Below are positions 1 through 9,297 of a stretch of DNA of 58,919 nt, in pieces. The DNA is taken from IMG/VR virus record IMGVR_UViG_3300022871_000577, positions 1 through 58,919 of that record, one strand, 5' to 3'. The notes below the pieces were generated by a model. That model was not told where the DNA came from. It did no database searches and worked only from the letters and a program-made list of their open reading frames with translations. Position numbers and translations under genes: made by a program. The stretch comes from a virus. Taxonomy: Duplodnaviria; Caudoviricetes. Numbering within the stretch: the stretch's first letter is position 1; each line of letters begins with the position of its first letter.

Positions 1-2
1 TA

Positions 3-131
3 GCATTAACTGGAGATTTAGTAGATATTAGTGATTATACTTCTTGGCTAGTTTTTCAATTAGAGGTTTTAGCAACTGCCGATACCGGAACATTTGAAGT
101 GGATTACATTATAGAGTACGATGAAGTTTAA
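3..131 (+). CDS. partial CDS (3' end), probable virion structural protein
   Basis: Frame open from the window edge: ALTGDLVDISDYTSWLVFQLEVLATADTGTFEVDYIIEYDEV*; lies in the structural module. Confidence 0.6.
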   Translation, partial: ALTGDLVDISDYTSWLVFQLEVLATADTGTFEVDYIIEYDEV

Positions 132-164
132 AAATAAATTATAAAACGAAAGAGGAGATAAATT

Positions 165-425
165 ATGAGTGTTAAGTATAAAGCAGACTCAATTACAGTT
201 ACAACAAGTGCTACGCTAATAAATCCTGAATTTGATGTTGTATCAATTTCTTTAATATCAGATGAGGGTGCAGTTAAATTACGAGCGTATAGTGCCGAGG
301 GTTGGGGAGATTGGATTACAGTACCTAAAGATGTTTCTTTTGATGACAGTATTGCTTGTATTAAATTTGAGATTATAGCAGTTGCAGGAAGTGTAGCTGT
401 TAATTATTACGCAAAAGGTGAATAA
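165..425 (+). CDS. hypothetical protein, probably virion-associated (beta-rich)
   Basis: 86 aa ORF with GAGGAG RBS, upstream of tail fibre. Confidence 0.6.
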   Translation: MSVKYKADSITVTTSATLINPEFDVVSISLISDEGAVKLRAYSAEGWGDWITVPKDVSFDDSIACIKFEIIAVAGSVAVNYYAKGE

Positions 426-448
426 AAATATTTAAGGAGGCATAAGAA

Positions 449-2266
449 ATGGGATATAAAGGAATAGGAGTAAGCTCATCTGTATTAAGATTAAAAGCTC
501 CAGTAGCTACATACAATGACTTACCATTAACAGAAAATTTAGAAAATGATGGTAGATTTACGAAAGATACCGATTTATTATATACATGGACTTTAGCAAG
601 TGCAAGTGGAACACTAGATAGCTGGAAATTAGTGGGGGCAATCTCAACAATGGCTTGGGCTAATATTACAGATAAGCCTAGTTCTTCTGTTGCAGATATT
701 GATGACGCTGTTGATAAAAAACATACACAAAATTCTGATACAGATTTAGATGCTACATTTGAGGCTACGTTTGTAAAAAAGACCGATACAGTAAATGTAT
801 TATCAGATATTACTTCTTCTGGTACAGATATTGAAGACGCTGTTACAAAAAAACACGCTCAGAATAGTGACACAGATTTAGACGCAACATTCGAAGCTAC
901 ATTCATGAAAAAAGTTGATACGGTGAACGAATTAAGTGACATCACTTCGGCTGGAGCTGACATCGAAGACGCTGTTACAAAAAAACACGCATCTGGTTCT
1001 GATAATGAAACAACAACATCTATGGGAACTTTAATTAACGGAGCAGATGCAAAAACAACTCCTGTTGATACTGATTTAGTACCTATTAGAGATACCACAG
1101 GTTCATTACTTGAAAAAGTAACATGGGCAAATATTAAAGCAACATTAAAAACATATTTTGATGCCATTTATAACACCGCTGTAAAAGCAACTGGAGCAGA
1201 AATAGATACAGGAACAGATGATGCTAAATTTGCTACTTCTAAAGCATTACAAGATAGTTCTATTCCTAAAGGAGATGGAACAGTTAATCCTACCAACCTA
1301 CTTTCCAACGGAAACTTTGAGTCTTGGAGTGCAGGGACAGCGGTAGCTCCTGATGGTTGGATTTTGTCAGGATTAACAAGTGGTGCTATTGCAAGAGAAG
1401 CAACAATTATTAAACAAGGAACTTATTCAGTTAAAATGACAAGGAGTGGAACAGACGGTAATATTTATCAATATTATAGTGTTCCAAAAGGAATTACTTA
1501 TTGGAAAGGCAGAAATGTAACTTATGGTTGTTGGGTATACGCTACAGAAGCAAGTACTACAAGAATAGGAACAGGTGATTTGGAGGGTGGTTTAACTTAT
1601 TCTTCTTGGCATACAGGTGGCTCTGCTTGGGAATGGCTAACGGTAACTAGAACAATAGATGCTTCTGCATCAGGTTCATATTGTATAAATTATGTAGTTG
1701 ATACAAATACATCTTCTTACTTCGACGGAGCTATGCTAGTAGAAGGAGCTAGTGCATTTGCATTTAGTCCTAAGCCAATTACAGGTTCAGGAAACAATGA
1801 TGCCTATGTTTATTCTAATATAGCTAAAACAGAAGCTGACTCTGCGGTGGCTAAGATAACACAAGACAACGCAGGAGCAAGCGAGCCTGCCCTCGAAATA
1901 AAGAACGATGGTACAGGTGCAGGGATAGAGATAGACCAGAATGGAGACGGGCAAGCACTTCGCATAGTAAACTCAGGAGCAGATGAGTCTATGTATGTGA
2001 ATCAAACTGGAGTGTTAGATGCTGGAAAACAGGTTTTATATCTTTACTCCAATGCAGAACAAGTGAATTACAATAGTGCTTTATTATTAGCACAACAAGA
2101 CAACGCTGCTTCCTCAGAACCAGCTATAGAAGTAATAAACGCTGGTACAGGTGCAGACATAGAAATGGCTGCTTCAGGTGGTGGAGTAATCTTTCCAACG
2201 AATGACCCCGGAGTTGCAGGTCGTTGGTGGGATAATGCAGGAACATTAACTAAATCATCAGGATAA
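449..2266 (+). CDS. tail fibre / receptor-binding protein with internal repeats and a carbohydrate-binding-like module
   Basis: AGGAGG RBS; WANITDKP fibre motif; 44-aa repeats; NLLSNGNFESW...YFDGAMLVEG galactose-binding-like domain; beta-rich C-terminus. Confidence 0.7.
   Translation: MGYKGIGVSSSVLRLKAPVATYNDLPLTENLENDGRFTKDTDLLYTWTLASASGTLDSWKLVGAISTMAWANITDKPSSSVADIDDAVDKKHTQNSDTDLDATFEATFVKKTDTVNVLSDITSSGTDIEDAVTKKHAQNSDTDLDATFEATFMKKVDTVNELSDITSAGADIEDAVTKKHASGSDNETTTSMGTLINGADAKTTPVDTDLVPIRDTTGSLLEKVTWANIKATLKTYFDAIYNTAVKATGAEIDTGTDDAKFATSKALQDSSIPKGDGTVNPTNLLSNGNFESWSAGTAVAPDGWILSGLTSGAIAREATIIKQGTYSVKMTRSGTDGNIYQYYSVPKGITYWKGRNVTYGCWVYATEASTTRIGTGDLEGGLTYSSWHTGGSAWEWLTVTRTIDASASGSYCINYVVDTNTSSYFDGAMLVEGASAFAFSPKPITGSGNNDAYVYSNIAKTEADSAVAKITQDNAGASEPALEIKNDGTGAGIEIDQNGDGQALRIVNSGADESMYVNQTGVLDAGKQVLYLYSNAEQVNYNSALLLAQQDNAASSEPAIEVINAGTGADIEMAASGGGVIFPTNDPGVAGRWWDNAGTLTKSSG
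695..990 (+). repeat. ~2.3 copies of a 132-bp (44-aa) coding repeat
   Basis: DI(D/E)DAV(D/T)KKH starts at 695, 827 and 959; protein nearly identical, many synonymous changes. Confidence 0.85.
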
Positions 2267-2275
2267 GGATAACAT

Positions 2276-2625
2276 ATGACAGCTGAAAGAGAAGGCCAAC
2301 AAGTAGATACGCTTCCTTCGCAGATATATGGAAAGAAGCCGGAAAGGCTGTTTATATAGACCACATGGTTGCTGTTGCTCCGCTCGGTTCAAATTCGAGT
2401 TTTACTATGTATACCAAAACTACTGCTTATAAAAGATTTAATACAATCGTTGCTTCTGCTAGAGCTAGACTTTTATTTCAAGCTTCTGATTTAAGAGAAA
2501 TGCCTGTTTTTATAGAAAAAGGCGGTATGTTAAAATCCGAATATAATGATGATTATACAGATGATGTTTCAGAAGTAGAGCTGGGTATGAGATATTTATA
2601 TATACCACCAACTGTAAACGGTTAA
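2276..2625 (+). CDS. hypothetical protein with an apparent 1-nt frameshift near 2303-2306 (track ORF 2365..2625 is its 3' part)
   Basis: ATG at 2276 follows AAGGA (MTAEREGQQV...) and stops at 2359; the -1 frame reads RYASFADIWKEAGKAVYIDHMVAVAP... to 2625. Confidence 0.5.
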
Positions 2626-2644
2626 GAAAAGAGGTTAAATAATT

Positions 2645-2944
2645 ATGTTCAAACTTATTTATTTGTTAATAAAAGATTACGGAGCTTTTGGAATAGGTAT
2701 AGCACAGCTATGTATTATTTGTTATTTTGGTTGGAAGTTATTTTCAAATCATTTAAAACATTTAGAAATAAAAGTAGATAGTTTATGCGAAGGTGTAAAA
2801 GATGTTAGAGTAGAATTAGAGAAAGATAAAAACGCTACCAATAAATTAGGAAATAGAATTTCTAGAATCGAAGGACATCTAGAAGAAAAAGATAGAATGA
2901 TTATTGTTAAACATAAAAAGAAAGTAAAAAATAATGGAATTTAA
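2645..2944 (+). CDS. membrane protein, holin/XhlA-like (N-terminal TM helix plus coiled coil)
   Basis: Hydrophobic GAFGIGIAQLCIICYFGWKLF then coiled coil RISRIEGHLE. Confidence 0.5.
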   Translation: MFKLIYLLIKDYGAFGIGIAQLCIICYFGWKLFSNHLKHLEIKVDSLCEGVKDVRVELEKDKNATNKLGNRISRIEGHLEEKDRMIIVKHKKKVKNNGI

Positions 2945-3113
2945 AGTTTTTTCAGGTGGAGGTAAATCTAACAGATGCCCTAAATGTGGCAGTAAGTTAA
3001 GAGCTATTTTATCTAAAGGTACTAAAAGATTCGTATGTCATTGCGGTTATTGGCACGATATAAAGAAGTATGCTAAAAACGCAGTAAATACTAAGTTAAT
3101 ACCTAAGAGTTAG
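2934..3113 (+). CDS. small zinc-ribbon protein (59 aa, not in ORF track)
   Basis: MEFKVFSGGGKSNRCPKCGSKLRAILSKGTKRFVCHCGYWHD...; CxxC and CxC motifs; fills an intergenic gap. Confidence 0.65.
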   Translation: MEFKVFSGGGKSNRCPKCGSKLRAILSKGTKRFVCHCGYWHDIKKYAKNAVNTKLIPKS

Positions 3114-3188
3114 CAGTAATATTTACATTGTTTTGATAGAAAAATTATTGGATTCGACCATTTAATAGTGTTTTCTATAACGAGTTAT

Positions 3189-3208
3189 CTGTATTTAATA
3201 ATAGAAAG
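3189..3208 (+). promoter_or_regulatory. candidate phage late-promoter motif, copy 1 (CTGTATTTAATAATAGAAAG)
   Basis: 18/20 match to 14270..14289; both copies are intergenic just upstream of an RBS in the structural arm. Confidence 0.45.
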
Positions 3209-3222
3209 AGGAGGACTAAATT

Positions 3223-3621
3223 ATGGCAGATTTAAAAGCAAATGTTGGAAGAATCACGATTGGCTCCGGAGTAGATGAACACGAAGTTGCTAGTTGCGAA
3301 GGAATTGAAGTTGATTATGATTTTAATCCTATTAAGCATTTTGCCGCCGATAGACAGTATCCGATTTTTGTAGCTCATGGAAATAGTGAACTAACAATTA
3401 CGGTAGATTGTGCAGAGTACAAAGCCGATAGCGATTACGCTATTGAGACTATAGCACAAAATGGAACTGCTGTTACGGTAGCACTTTTAGCAGGATATAG
3501 AGGCGGTGGAATCCCGGCCGCAACTTACACGAATTGTGTAGTTGTACAATACACCGTTACTTCTCGTCAAGGAGACGTTGTAAAAGCAAGAGTTGTTTTA
3601 AGTAAGCAATCAGATACTTAA
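3223..3621 (+). CDS. probable major tail tube protein
   Basis: 132 aa beta-rich; tube-like pattern (EVASCEGIEVDYD...ELTITVD...YTNCVVVQYTVT); strong GAGGAGG RBS; no other tube candidate in the tail region. Confidence 0.55.
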   Translation: MADLKANVGRITIGSGVDEHEVASCEGIEVDYDFNPIKHFAADRQYPIFVAHGNSELTITVDCAEYKADSDYAIETIAQNGTAVTVALLAGYRGGGIPAATYTNCVVVQYTVTSRQGDVVKARVVLSKQSDT

Positions 3622-3662
3622 TACACAATAATTGATATAATAATAATAAGGGAGGAAGAATA

Positions 3663-5189
3663 ATGAATTTAGGTAAAAAATGCAATGGTTTTTTAAAGAC
3701 CGCTATTCGTTCAGTAGACGAGGCAGGTCTGAAAATTACTCATACCATTAATACTAAAGCATTAGATAGATATTACACTTCTGTTCTACCTCAAGGTGCA
3801 GATGTTAAGCACTTTTTAAATAATGCAGTTGTATTATGGTCTCATAATATGGATGAAGCAACTCCTAAAATTCCTATCGGAAGATGTATTGATTTGGATA
3901 TTAGAGAAGATGAGATTATAGCAACTACTGAATTTAATAAGAATGACCCTTTAGCAGTAAAAGTTTTTAACGCTTACAAGGACGGTTTCTTACATGCTTG
4001 GTCAATAGGTTTTATGCCTATTAAGTATAAAGAGGTAACGCTTGAGAATAGAGAAGAGCTTAATTCTGAATATAAGTTAAATATTTCTCTTGAACAATTA
4101 GAAGAAGCCGGTATGGACGGTGCTTATGTTGTTCATAAATGGGAATTACGTGAATATTCTGCTGTTCCAGTTCCGGGCAATCCCGAAGCTTTAAGTGCTG
4201 ATAAAGTTGATTTCTTTAAAAGAGAGCTAGTTACAAGAGGTTTAGTAAAAGAATCTGATGTAGATACTATCGAGATTAAAAAAGCAAAAGGCAAAAAGGA
4301 AGAAAAAGATGAATATTCTTGTGAATGTCTAGATTGTGGCGAAGAAGTAAAATCTAAAGAACATTGCAAAGATATTAAATGTCCTAAATGTGGGGGTGAA
4401 ATGCGAAGAAAAGACAGAACCGGCACAGGCAAAGATGCTGAAGTAGAAGTTAAAGATGTCGAAGTAAAAACAAGAGATGCTGAAGAAGTATCTAAAGAAG
4501 TTAAGGCCGAGGAAGTTAAAGGCGAAGAGACTGTAGCAGAAAAGGTCGAAGTAAAAGAAGAAGTAAAGCCTGAAGAAGTCAAAGAAGAAAAGGTTGAAGA
4601 AGTCAAAGCTGAAGAAGTTAAGACAGAAGAGCCTAAGGCTGAAGAGGTTAAGACTGAAGTTAAAGTGAAAGAGGTAAAAGAAGAAGAAGCTAAAGCTGAA
4701 GTCAAAGAAGAAAATAAAGCTGAAGAGCCTAAGGCTGAAGAGGTTAAGACTGAAGTTAAAGTGAAAGAGGTAAAAGAAGAAGAAGCTAAAGCTGAAGTCA
4801 AAGAAGAAAATAAAGCTGAAGAGCCTAAAACTGAAGTAAAAGAAGAAAAGGAAAATACTGCCTCAACAACAGAAGATAAAACTGAAAAGTCTGAAGTGGT
4901 CGAAAAGTCTGAAGTAAAGGTAGAGGAAAAAGCTGAAGAAGTAAAAGAAGAGGAAACACCAGCTAATTTCGCTTCCATTATCAAAGACCTTCTTCAGAAG
5001 AATAAAGAATTATTGGATAGACTTGAAGTAAACGAAGCAAAACTAGAGGAGTTAGCAAGTGTTAATTCTAAAGTGGATGTTATTCAGAAAAGTCTTGATG
5101 TTGACAACATAGATAAGGTCAGAGAAGCTTCTCAGAAGAGAAAAAGTGGTAACTCTGATACGTGGTTCAGTACGTTACTAAGACAATAA
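3663..5189 (+). CDS. HK97-family prohead protease with zinc ribbon and Glu/Lys-rich scaffold-like extension
   Basis: VVLWSHN, PIGR, AWSIGF, ELREYSAVPVPGNPEA motifs; CECLDCG...HC...CPKCGGEM; EEVK repeats. Confidence 0.9.
   Translation: MNLGKKCNGFLKTAIRSVDEAGLKITHTINTKALDRYYTSVLPQGADVKHFLNNAVVLWSHNMDEATPKIPIGRCIDLDIREDEIIATTEFNKNDPLAVKVFNAYKDGFLHAWSIGFMPIKYKEVTLENREELNSEYKLNISLEQLEEAGMDGAYVVHKWELREYSAVPVPGNPEALSADKVDFFKRELVTRGLVKESDVDTIEIKKAKGKKEEKDEYSCECLDCGEEVKSKEHCKDIKCPKCGGEMRRKDRTGTGKDAEVEVKDVEVKTRDAEEVSKEVKAEEVKGEETVAEKVEVKEEVKPEEVKEEKVEEVKAEEVKTEEPKAEEVKTEVKVKEVKEEEAKAEVKEENKAEEPKAEEVKTEVKVKEVKEEEAKAEVKEENKAEEPKTEVKEEKENTASTTEDKTEKSEVVEKSEVKVEEKAEEVKEEETPANFASIIKDLLQKNKELLDRLEVNEAKLEELASVNSKVDVIQKSLDVDNIDKVREASQKRKSGNSDTWFSTLLRQ
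4626..4828 (+). repeat. perfect 96-bp tandem duplication within EK-rich region
   Basis: GAAGAGCCTAAGGCTGAAGAGG... unit starts at 4626 and 4722, partial third at 4818. Confidence 0.9.
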
Positions 5190-5219
5190 TTTTTTAAAAC
5201 AATAAAAAGGAGAAATGCA

Positions 5220-6158
5220 ATGGATTTTGTAATTCCAGCAGGAGATTCACTTAATTTACCAAAAGAATTAATTGATAAAATCGTAGAAGATGCAGTAGAG
5301 AAGTCGCTAGTTTTAAAAATGGTTTCTTCAAGAGACCAATTCATCGAGATTGTGAATGAAGGAACTGTTCCAGTTATTGGTGAAGCTGATTTAGACAAGG
5401 TTTTTAGACTTGATGCTACTTCAGATATTACTACACTAGCTGAGATGGACTTTGATATTAAACCGGCTGATTTAGACCCGGTTGAAATGGGTACTTATAT
5501 TTATTTAAAGAAGAAACAAATCGCTCAGTATCCAGAGCTAAAGCTAGACCAGTTATTTAGAAATAAGATTTCTGGTGCTATTGCTAGAACCGCTGACAAA
5601 ATTGCTCTTAAAGGCGACGATGAAACGGTTGGAGCAACTGACCCTCTTTCCATCTGTGATGGTATTGAGAAGTTAGCTTTAACAGCAAATTGTGCTAACG
5701 CACCGGTTGAATACACTACTTCAAATTCTCAAAATGTTGTGGATGCTGTTGCAGAAGCACAAGAAGATTTGGGAGTTTACGGTAACCAAGAAGCTATTGA
5801 AGATTTAGTATTGTTTGCATCTTCAAACTTTGTAACGGCCGCTAAAAAGTCTGCGGATAAGAACGTAATCGGATTTGACATCGAAGATGTTCCTGCACTA
5901 GGCTTGAAGAAAGTGGTTCATGTTCAAGGTATCCCTGTTATTCGTAGATTGAATATTACAGGTGAGAAAGCTATTCTTGCTAACATGAAGGGTGCTTTCG
6001 CTGGTTATTATGGTAACATCGAAGTTGATGTTGAGCATAAAGCTGGTCGCAGAGCTGACTTACTTGTTGTAACATACTGGTTTGACTTTGTTTGGGCATA
6101 TGTTAATGGCTCAAGTAAATCAGAAGGTTTGATTACTATTCAAAAAGCAAGTTCGTAA
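5220..6158 (+). CDS. major capsid protein (HK97 fold)
   Basis: Follows the prohead protease; LPKELIDKIVE...S.VLK, A..ADKIALKGD and G.PV signatures; followed by terminator. Confidence 0.85.
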   Translation: MDFVIPAGDSLNLPKELIDKIVEDAVEKSLVLKMVSSRDQFIEIVNEGTVPVIGEADLDKVFRLDATSDITTLAEMDFDIKPADLDPVEMGTYIYLKKKQIAQYPELKLDQLFRNKISGAIARTADKIALKGDDETVGATDPLSICDGIEKLALTANCANAPVEYTTSNSQNVVDAVAEAQEDLGVYGNQEAIEDLVLFASSNFVTAAKKSADKNVIGFDIEDVPALGLKKVVHVQGIPVIRRLNITGEKAILANMKGAFAGYYGNIEVDVEHKAGRRADLLVVTYWFDFVWAYVNGSSKSEGLITIQKASS

Positions 6159-6177
6159 AGAGTAATTAGTAAATTCG

Positions 6178-6222
6178 ATAGTAGAGTTATGGGGGGTAAT
6201 TTCTGTAGCTCTACTATTTTTT
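6178..6222 (+). terminator. Rho-independent terminator after capsid gene
   Basis: ATAGTAGAGTTATGGGG pairs with TTCTGTAGCTCTACTAT (several G-U pairs), followed by a T tract. Confidence 0.8.
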
Positions 6223-6274
6223 AAATTGAAATTTTTAAAATAAATTGTAATCTTAAATTGATAGGATTAAAAAA

Positions 6275-6925
6275 ATGCCTTGTAGACTTACCTCAGAAAA
6301 AAAAGCAGTTCTTACCAAAAATTTTCTTTTTCAAGAATATTACTGTCATAAAAAATCTCAGCAAACTATAGCTGATGAAAATCAGATTTCTAGAGAAACT
6401 ATACGAAGATATTTTAAAAATTTTGAAATGTCTAGTCGCTCTCACAAAGAATGTACTGAACTAAGAAATCTATCAGGTAAAAATAATCCAATGTATAGTC
6501 ATGGAAAGTGTATTAAAGCGTCTAAGTGTAAATTTTGTGGTAAACAATTAGTGGCCTTTTCTGCAACTATGTGTAAATCTTGTGCTAATTCAGGCAAAAG
6601 AAATCCTAGATATGGTAAAAGAGCATCTCACGGTAAATGGACACAGTATAAAGATGTTAATTTTAGAAGTTCTTGGGAAGCTAAATTTGCAAAATATTTA
6701 GATAAAGAAAATATCAAGTGGTTTTACGAGTACACAACATTTTATGGTGAGAATTATTCTTATACACCAGATTTTTATTTATCTGAAACAAATGAATATG
6801 TCGAGATAAAAGGATGGTGGCGAGAAAAGAGCTTAGAGAAAGTTCAAAAGTTTATTATAGATTTTCCCAATGTTATATTATCTGTTAGAGGTAAAGATAC
6901 CTTAAAAAGATTAGGAGTTCTATAA
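6275..6925 (+). CDS. free-standing homing endonuclease (NUMOD3-like repeats plus PD-(D/E)xK domain)
   Basis: SGKNNPMY and SGKRNPRYG motifs, CxxC pairs, FRSSWE...YTPDFYL...EIKGW. Confidence 0.8.
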   Translation: MPCRLTSEKKAVLTKNFLFQEYYCHKKSQQTIADENQISRETIRRYFKNFEMSSRSHKECTELRNLSGKNNPMYSHGKCIKASKCKFCGKQLVAFSATMCKSCANSGKRNPRYGKRASHGKWTQYKDVNFRSSWEAKFAKYLDKENIKWFYEYTTFYGENYSYTPDFYLSETNEYVEIKGWWREKSLEKVQKFIIDFPNVILSVRGKDTLKRLGVL

Positions 6926-9297
6926 TGTCATCTGCTATTAGATTAATTTCTGAAGAAATAGATACCTACCTTCCAAACTCAGACAATACAGCTTTAATTA
7001 AAAGAAGAAACTATATTTTACCTTCTCCAAGGGGTAAATTTTTTATTGTTGCTTTTATTAGTCATAAAAGAGATGGTGCAAATATTTCTCCTGTTATACA
7101 TAAAGCAATCAAGCATGATATTGGTGTATTATATGTTTGTGATAAACTTCCTTCGAGTCCTATTATACACCCAAATGTTCATTATATTGAAGTTCCTGAT
7201 ATATGGTTTATTCACACATTATTTATGAATCCCTTAATGTTTTCTGCATCATACGCTTCAAGGTCAAAGAGACAGTTATCTAAAGCATTTCACGGCTTTA
7301 CGAAGTATCAAATTCCAATTATATCCACATCTTCTGATGTTCCAAAAATAGTAGAGAATTACGAAAAAAATAAGAATAATATTTTAGTAGATATTACCGG
7401 TGGGGTAGGTGACCATTTACTTACAATTCCTTCTCTTAAAACACTCGCAGTAAAGCACGACGTATACGTTTTATGTGAAAAGCATAGAGAACCCTGTTTT
7501 TATAATTTATCTTATATTAAAGGCTTTTACAATAAACGTCAAGATGTAGATATTTCTAAGTTCAGAAAGGTAATTCATCTTCATTTCGGACAATTATTAA
7601 ATGATTATAGATTAGACCTAAATAAACAAAATAGAATTTATTCCGTAGCAGAAGTATGTGGCTTATCTAAAGAAGAGTTAGTTATAAACAGACCAGAAAT
7701 TATTTTGACAGATATGGAACGAAAGACAGCTTCTCTAAAATATGACTCCTATAGGAATAAGGTATTCTTAGGTTATGATAGTGCAAGAGTTGATTCTAAA
7801 ATTCCCTCAGACTTAACACAAAGATTAATAGATGATTTAAAAAGAAAAAGTTGCTCGGTTTTTACAGCCTCAGTTAGAAGAAAAAAATTTCAAAACTGTA
7901 CTGATTTGAGCAGAGACATTTCGTTACGAGAATTATTTGCTTTAATTTCTGTAATGGATTGTGTATATACTATAGATACGTCTTTTTTACATATAGCGGC
8001 CGCTTTTGATAAACAGATTTTTTGTATGCTAAATTATTTTAAACCCGAGTGGAGATGCGGAACCTATATTAATTGTAAAACCTATACACCTAATGTTTCT
8101 TGTTTTCCTTGTGTTGCTTTTCAATTTGTAGAACATGAGAATAGAAAGTGTCATACTAAGTCATGTTATTATTTTCAAGATATAGATTTAATTTTAAAAG
8201 ATATTAAAGAGTATCTAAAAAATAAACCAAAGAGGATAGAAAATATTCAGATTGTTGATACCTCTTATATTCCAGATACAAAAAAGGATATTTCATTAAT
8301 GGATTTACCGGGTAAAATTGTTTCTAGCAGAGAGAACGATAAATTAAGAATAGGTGCTTTTTGGATGGGCGGTGTTGGTGATACCGTAATGCTAGGATAT
8401 TTATGTAGAGCAATACATAGAAAATATCCAAATAGTTATATAGATGCTTACGTTAGAGATAAGACACAGGCTCAATTATTAGTATTTGACTATCCTAATA
8501 TCAGAGGAATTAGCTCTAATTTAGGCTGGGGTGCTACTGTTGGTAAGCATAAACACGATTATGATATTATTTACGAGTTTAGACATTATCCATATGTCTG
8601 GAATAAATCTAATCCTAAATTAAATAGACCTTTTGATAAATCTAAGTATGATAATTGGCAATTAGCCTCGGAAGATATTATCAATAATTGGAAGTCAGAA
8701 GTATTTCGTTACTATGCAAAACAGACTGGGTTAAGCCTGAATAAATCAGATTTAATAATTCCACTTGCTAAAATTAATGAAGATATTTCTTACGGTTATT
8801 TAAAAAAATATAAGTTACCTAAAAAATATATTACTATACATGCAGGCTGTGATAAAGGTGTTGGCATTATGAAGCTTTGGAACAGAAAAAAATGGCAAGA
8901 ATTGATAGTTTTATTACAAGAGAAAGATATTGAAGTTATTCAAGTAGGAACATCTAGTGAGAAAGCGTTTGATAATATACAAAAAGTAGGCGTAGATAAT
9001 CTTACTGATTTAGCTTATATCTTAAAGCTGAGTACACTTCACGTCGATAATGAAGGCGGTCTGGTTCATTTAGCTCATGCAGTAGAAACGAAGTCTGTAG
9101 TATTATTTGGGGCAACCAGTCCTACACTTTATGGTTATCCTGATAATATTAATTTATACAAAGATGTCTGTTCTACATGCTGGTGGAAAGTTAATAAGTG
9201 GAGTAGTAATTGTATGAAAGGTAATAAAAGTTGTGTTAATTTAGATAAATTGTCTGTTTTAGAAGTTTTAAATGCTATAGAGAGAAATTATGAATAG
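6925..9297 (+). CDS. glycosyltransferase family 9 (heptosyltransferase-like), two tandem GT9 domains
   Basis: GGVGD occurs twice; IDTSFLHIAAAF and DNEGGLVHLAHAV...LFGAT motifs; CxxC..C..C after each domain. Confidence 0.85.
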   Translation: MSSAIRLISEEIDTYLPNSDNTALIKRRNYILPSPRGKFFIVAFISHKRDGANISPVIHKAIKHDIGVLYVCDKLPSSPIIHPNVHYIEVPDIWFIHTLFMNPLMFSASYASRSKRQLSKAFHGFTKYQIPIISTSSDVPKIVENYEKNKNNILVDITGGVGDHLLTIPSLKTLAVKHDVYVLCEKHREPCFYNLSYIKGFYNKRQDVDISKFRKVIHLHFGQLLNDYRLDLNKQNRIYSVAEVCGLSKEELVINRPEIILTDMERKTASLKYDSYRNKVFLGYDSARVDSKIPSDLTQRLIDDLKRKSCSVFTASVRRKKFQNCTDLSRDISLRELFALISVMDCVYTIDTSFLHIAAAFDKQIFCMLNYFKPEWRCGTYINCKTYTPNVSCFPCVAFQFVEHENRKCHTKSCYYFQDIDLILKDIKEYLKNKPKRIENIQIVDTSYIPDTKKDISLMDLPGKIVSSRENDKLRIGAFWMGGVGDTVMLGYLCRAIHRKYPNSYIDAYVRDKTQAQLLVFDYPNIRGISSNLGWGATVGKHKHDYDIIYEFRHYPYVWNKSNPKLNRPFDKSKYDNWQLASEDIINNWKSEVFRYYAKQTGLSLNKSDLIIPLAKINEDISYGYLKKYKLPKKYITIHAGCDKGVGIMKLWNRKKWQELIVLLQEKDIEVIQVGTSSEKAFDNIQKVGVDNLTDLAYILKLSTLHVDNEGGLVHLAHAVETKSVVLFGATSPTLYGYPDNINLYKDVCSTCWWKVNKWSSNCMKGNKSCVNLDKLSVLEVLNAIERNYE

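Noticed and set aside
695-990. Tail-fibre repeats as a DGR template/variable pair
   Set aside because: Differences are mostly synonymous and not adenine-specific; both copies are in frame in one gene.
4133-4984. 283-aa Ser/Thr-rich minus-strand ORF
   Set aside because: Antisense shadow of the EEVK low-complexity region of the prohead protease.
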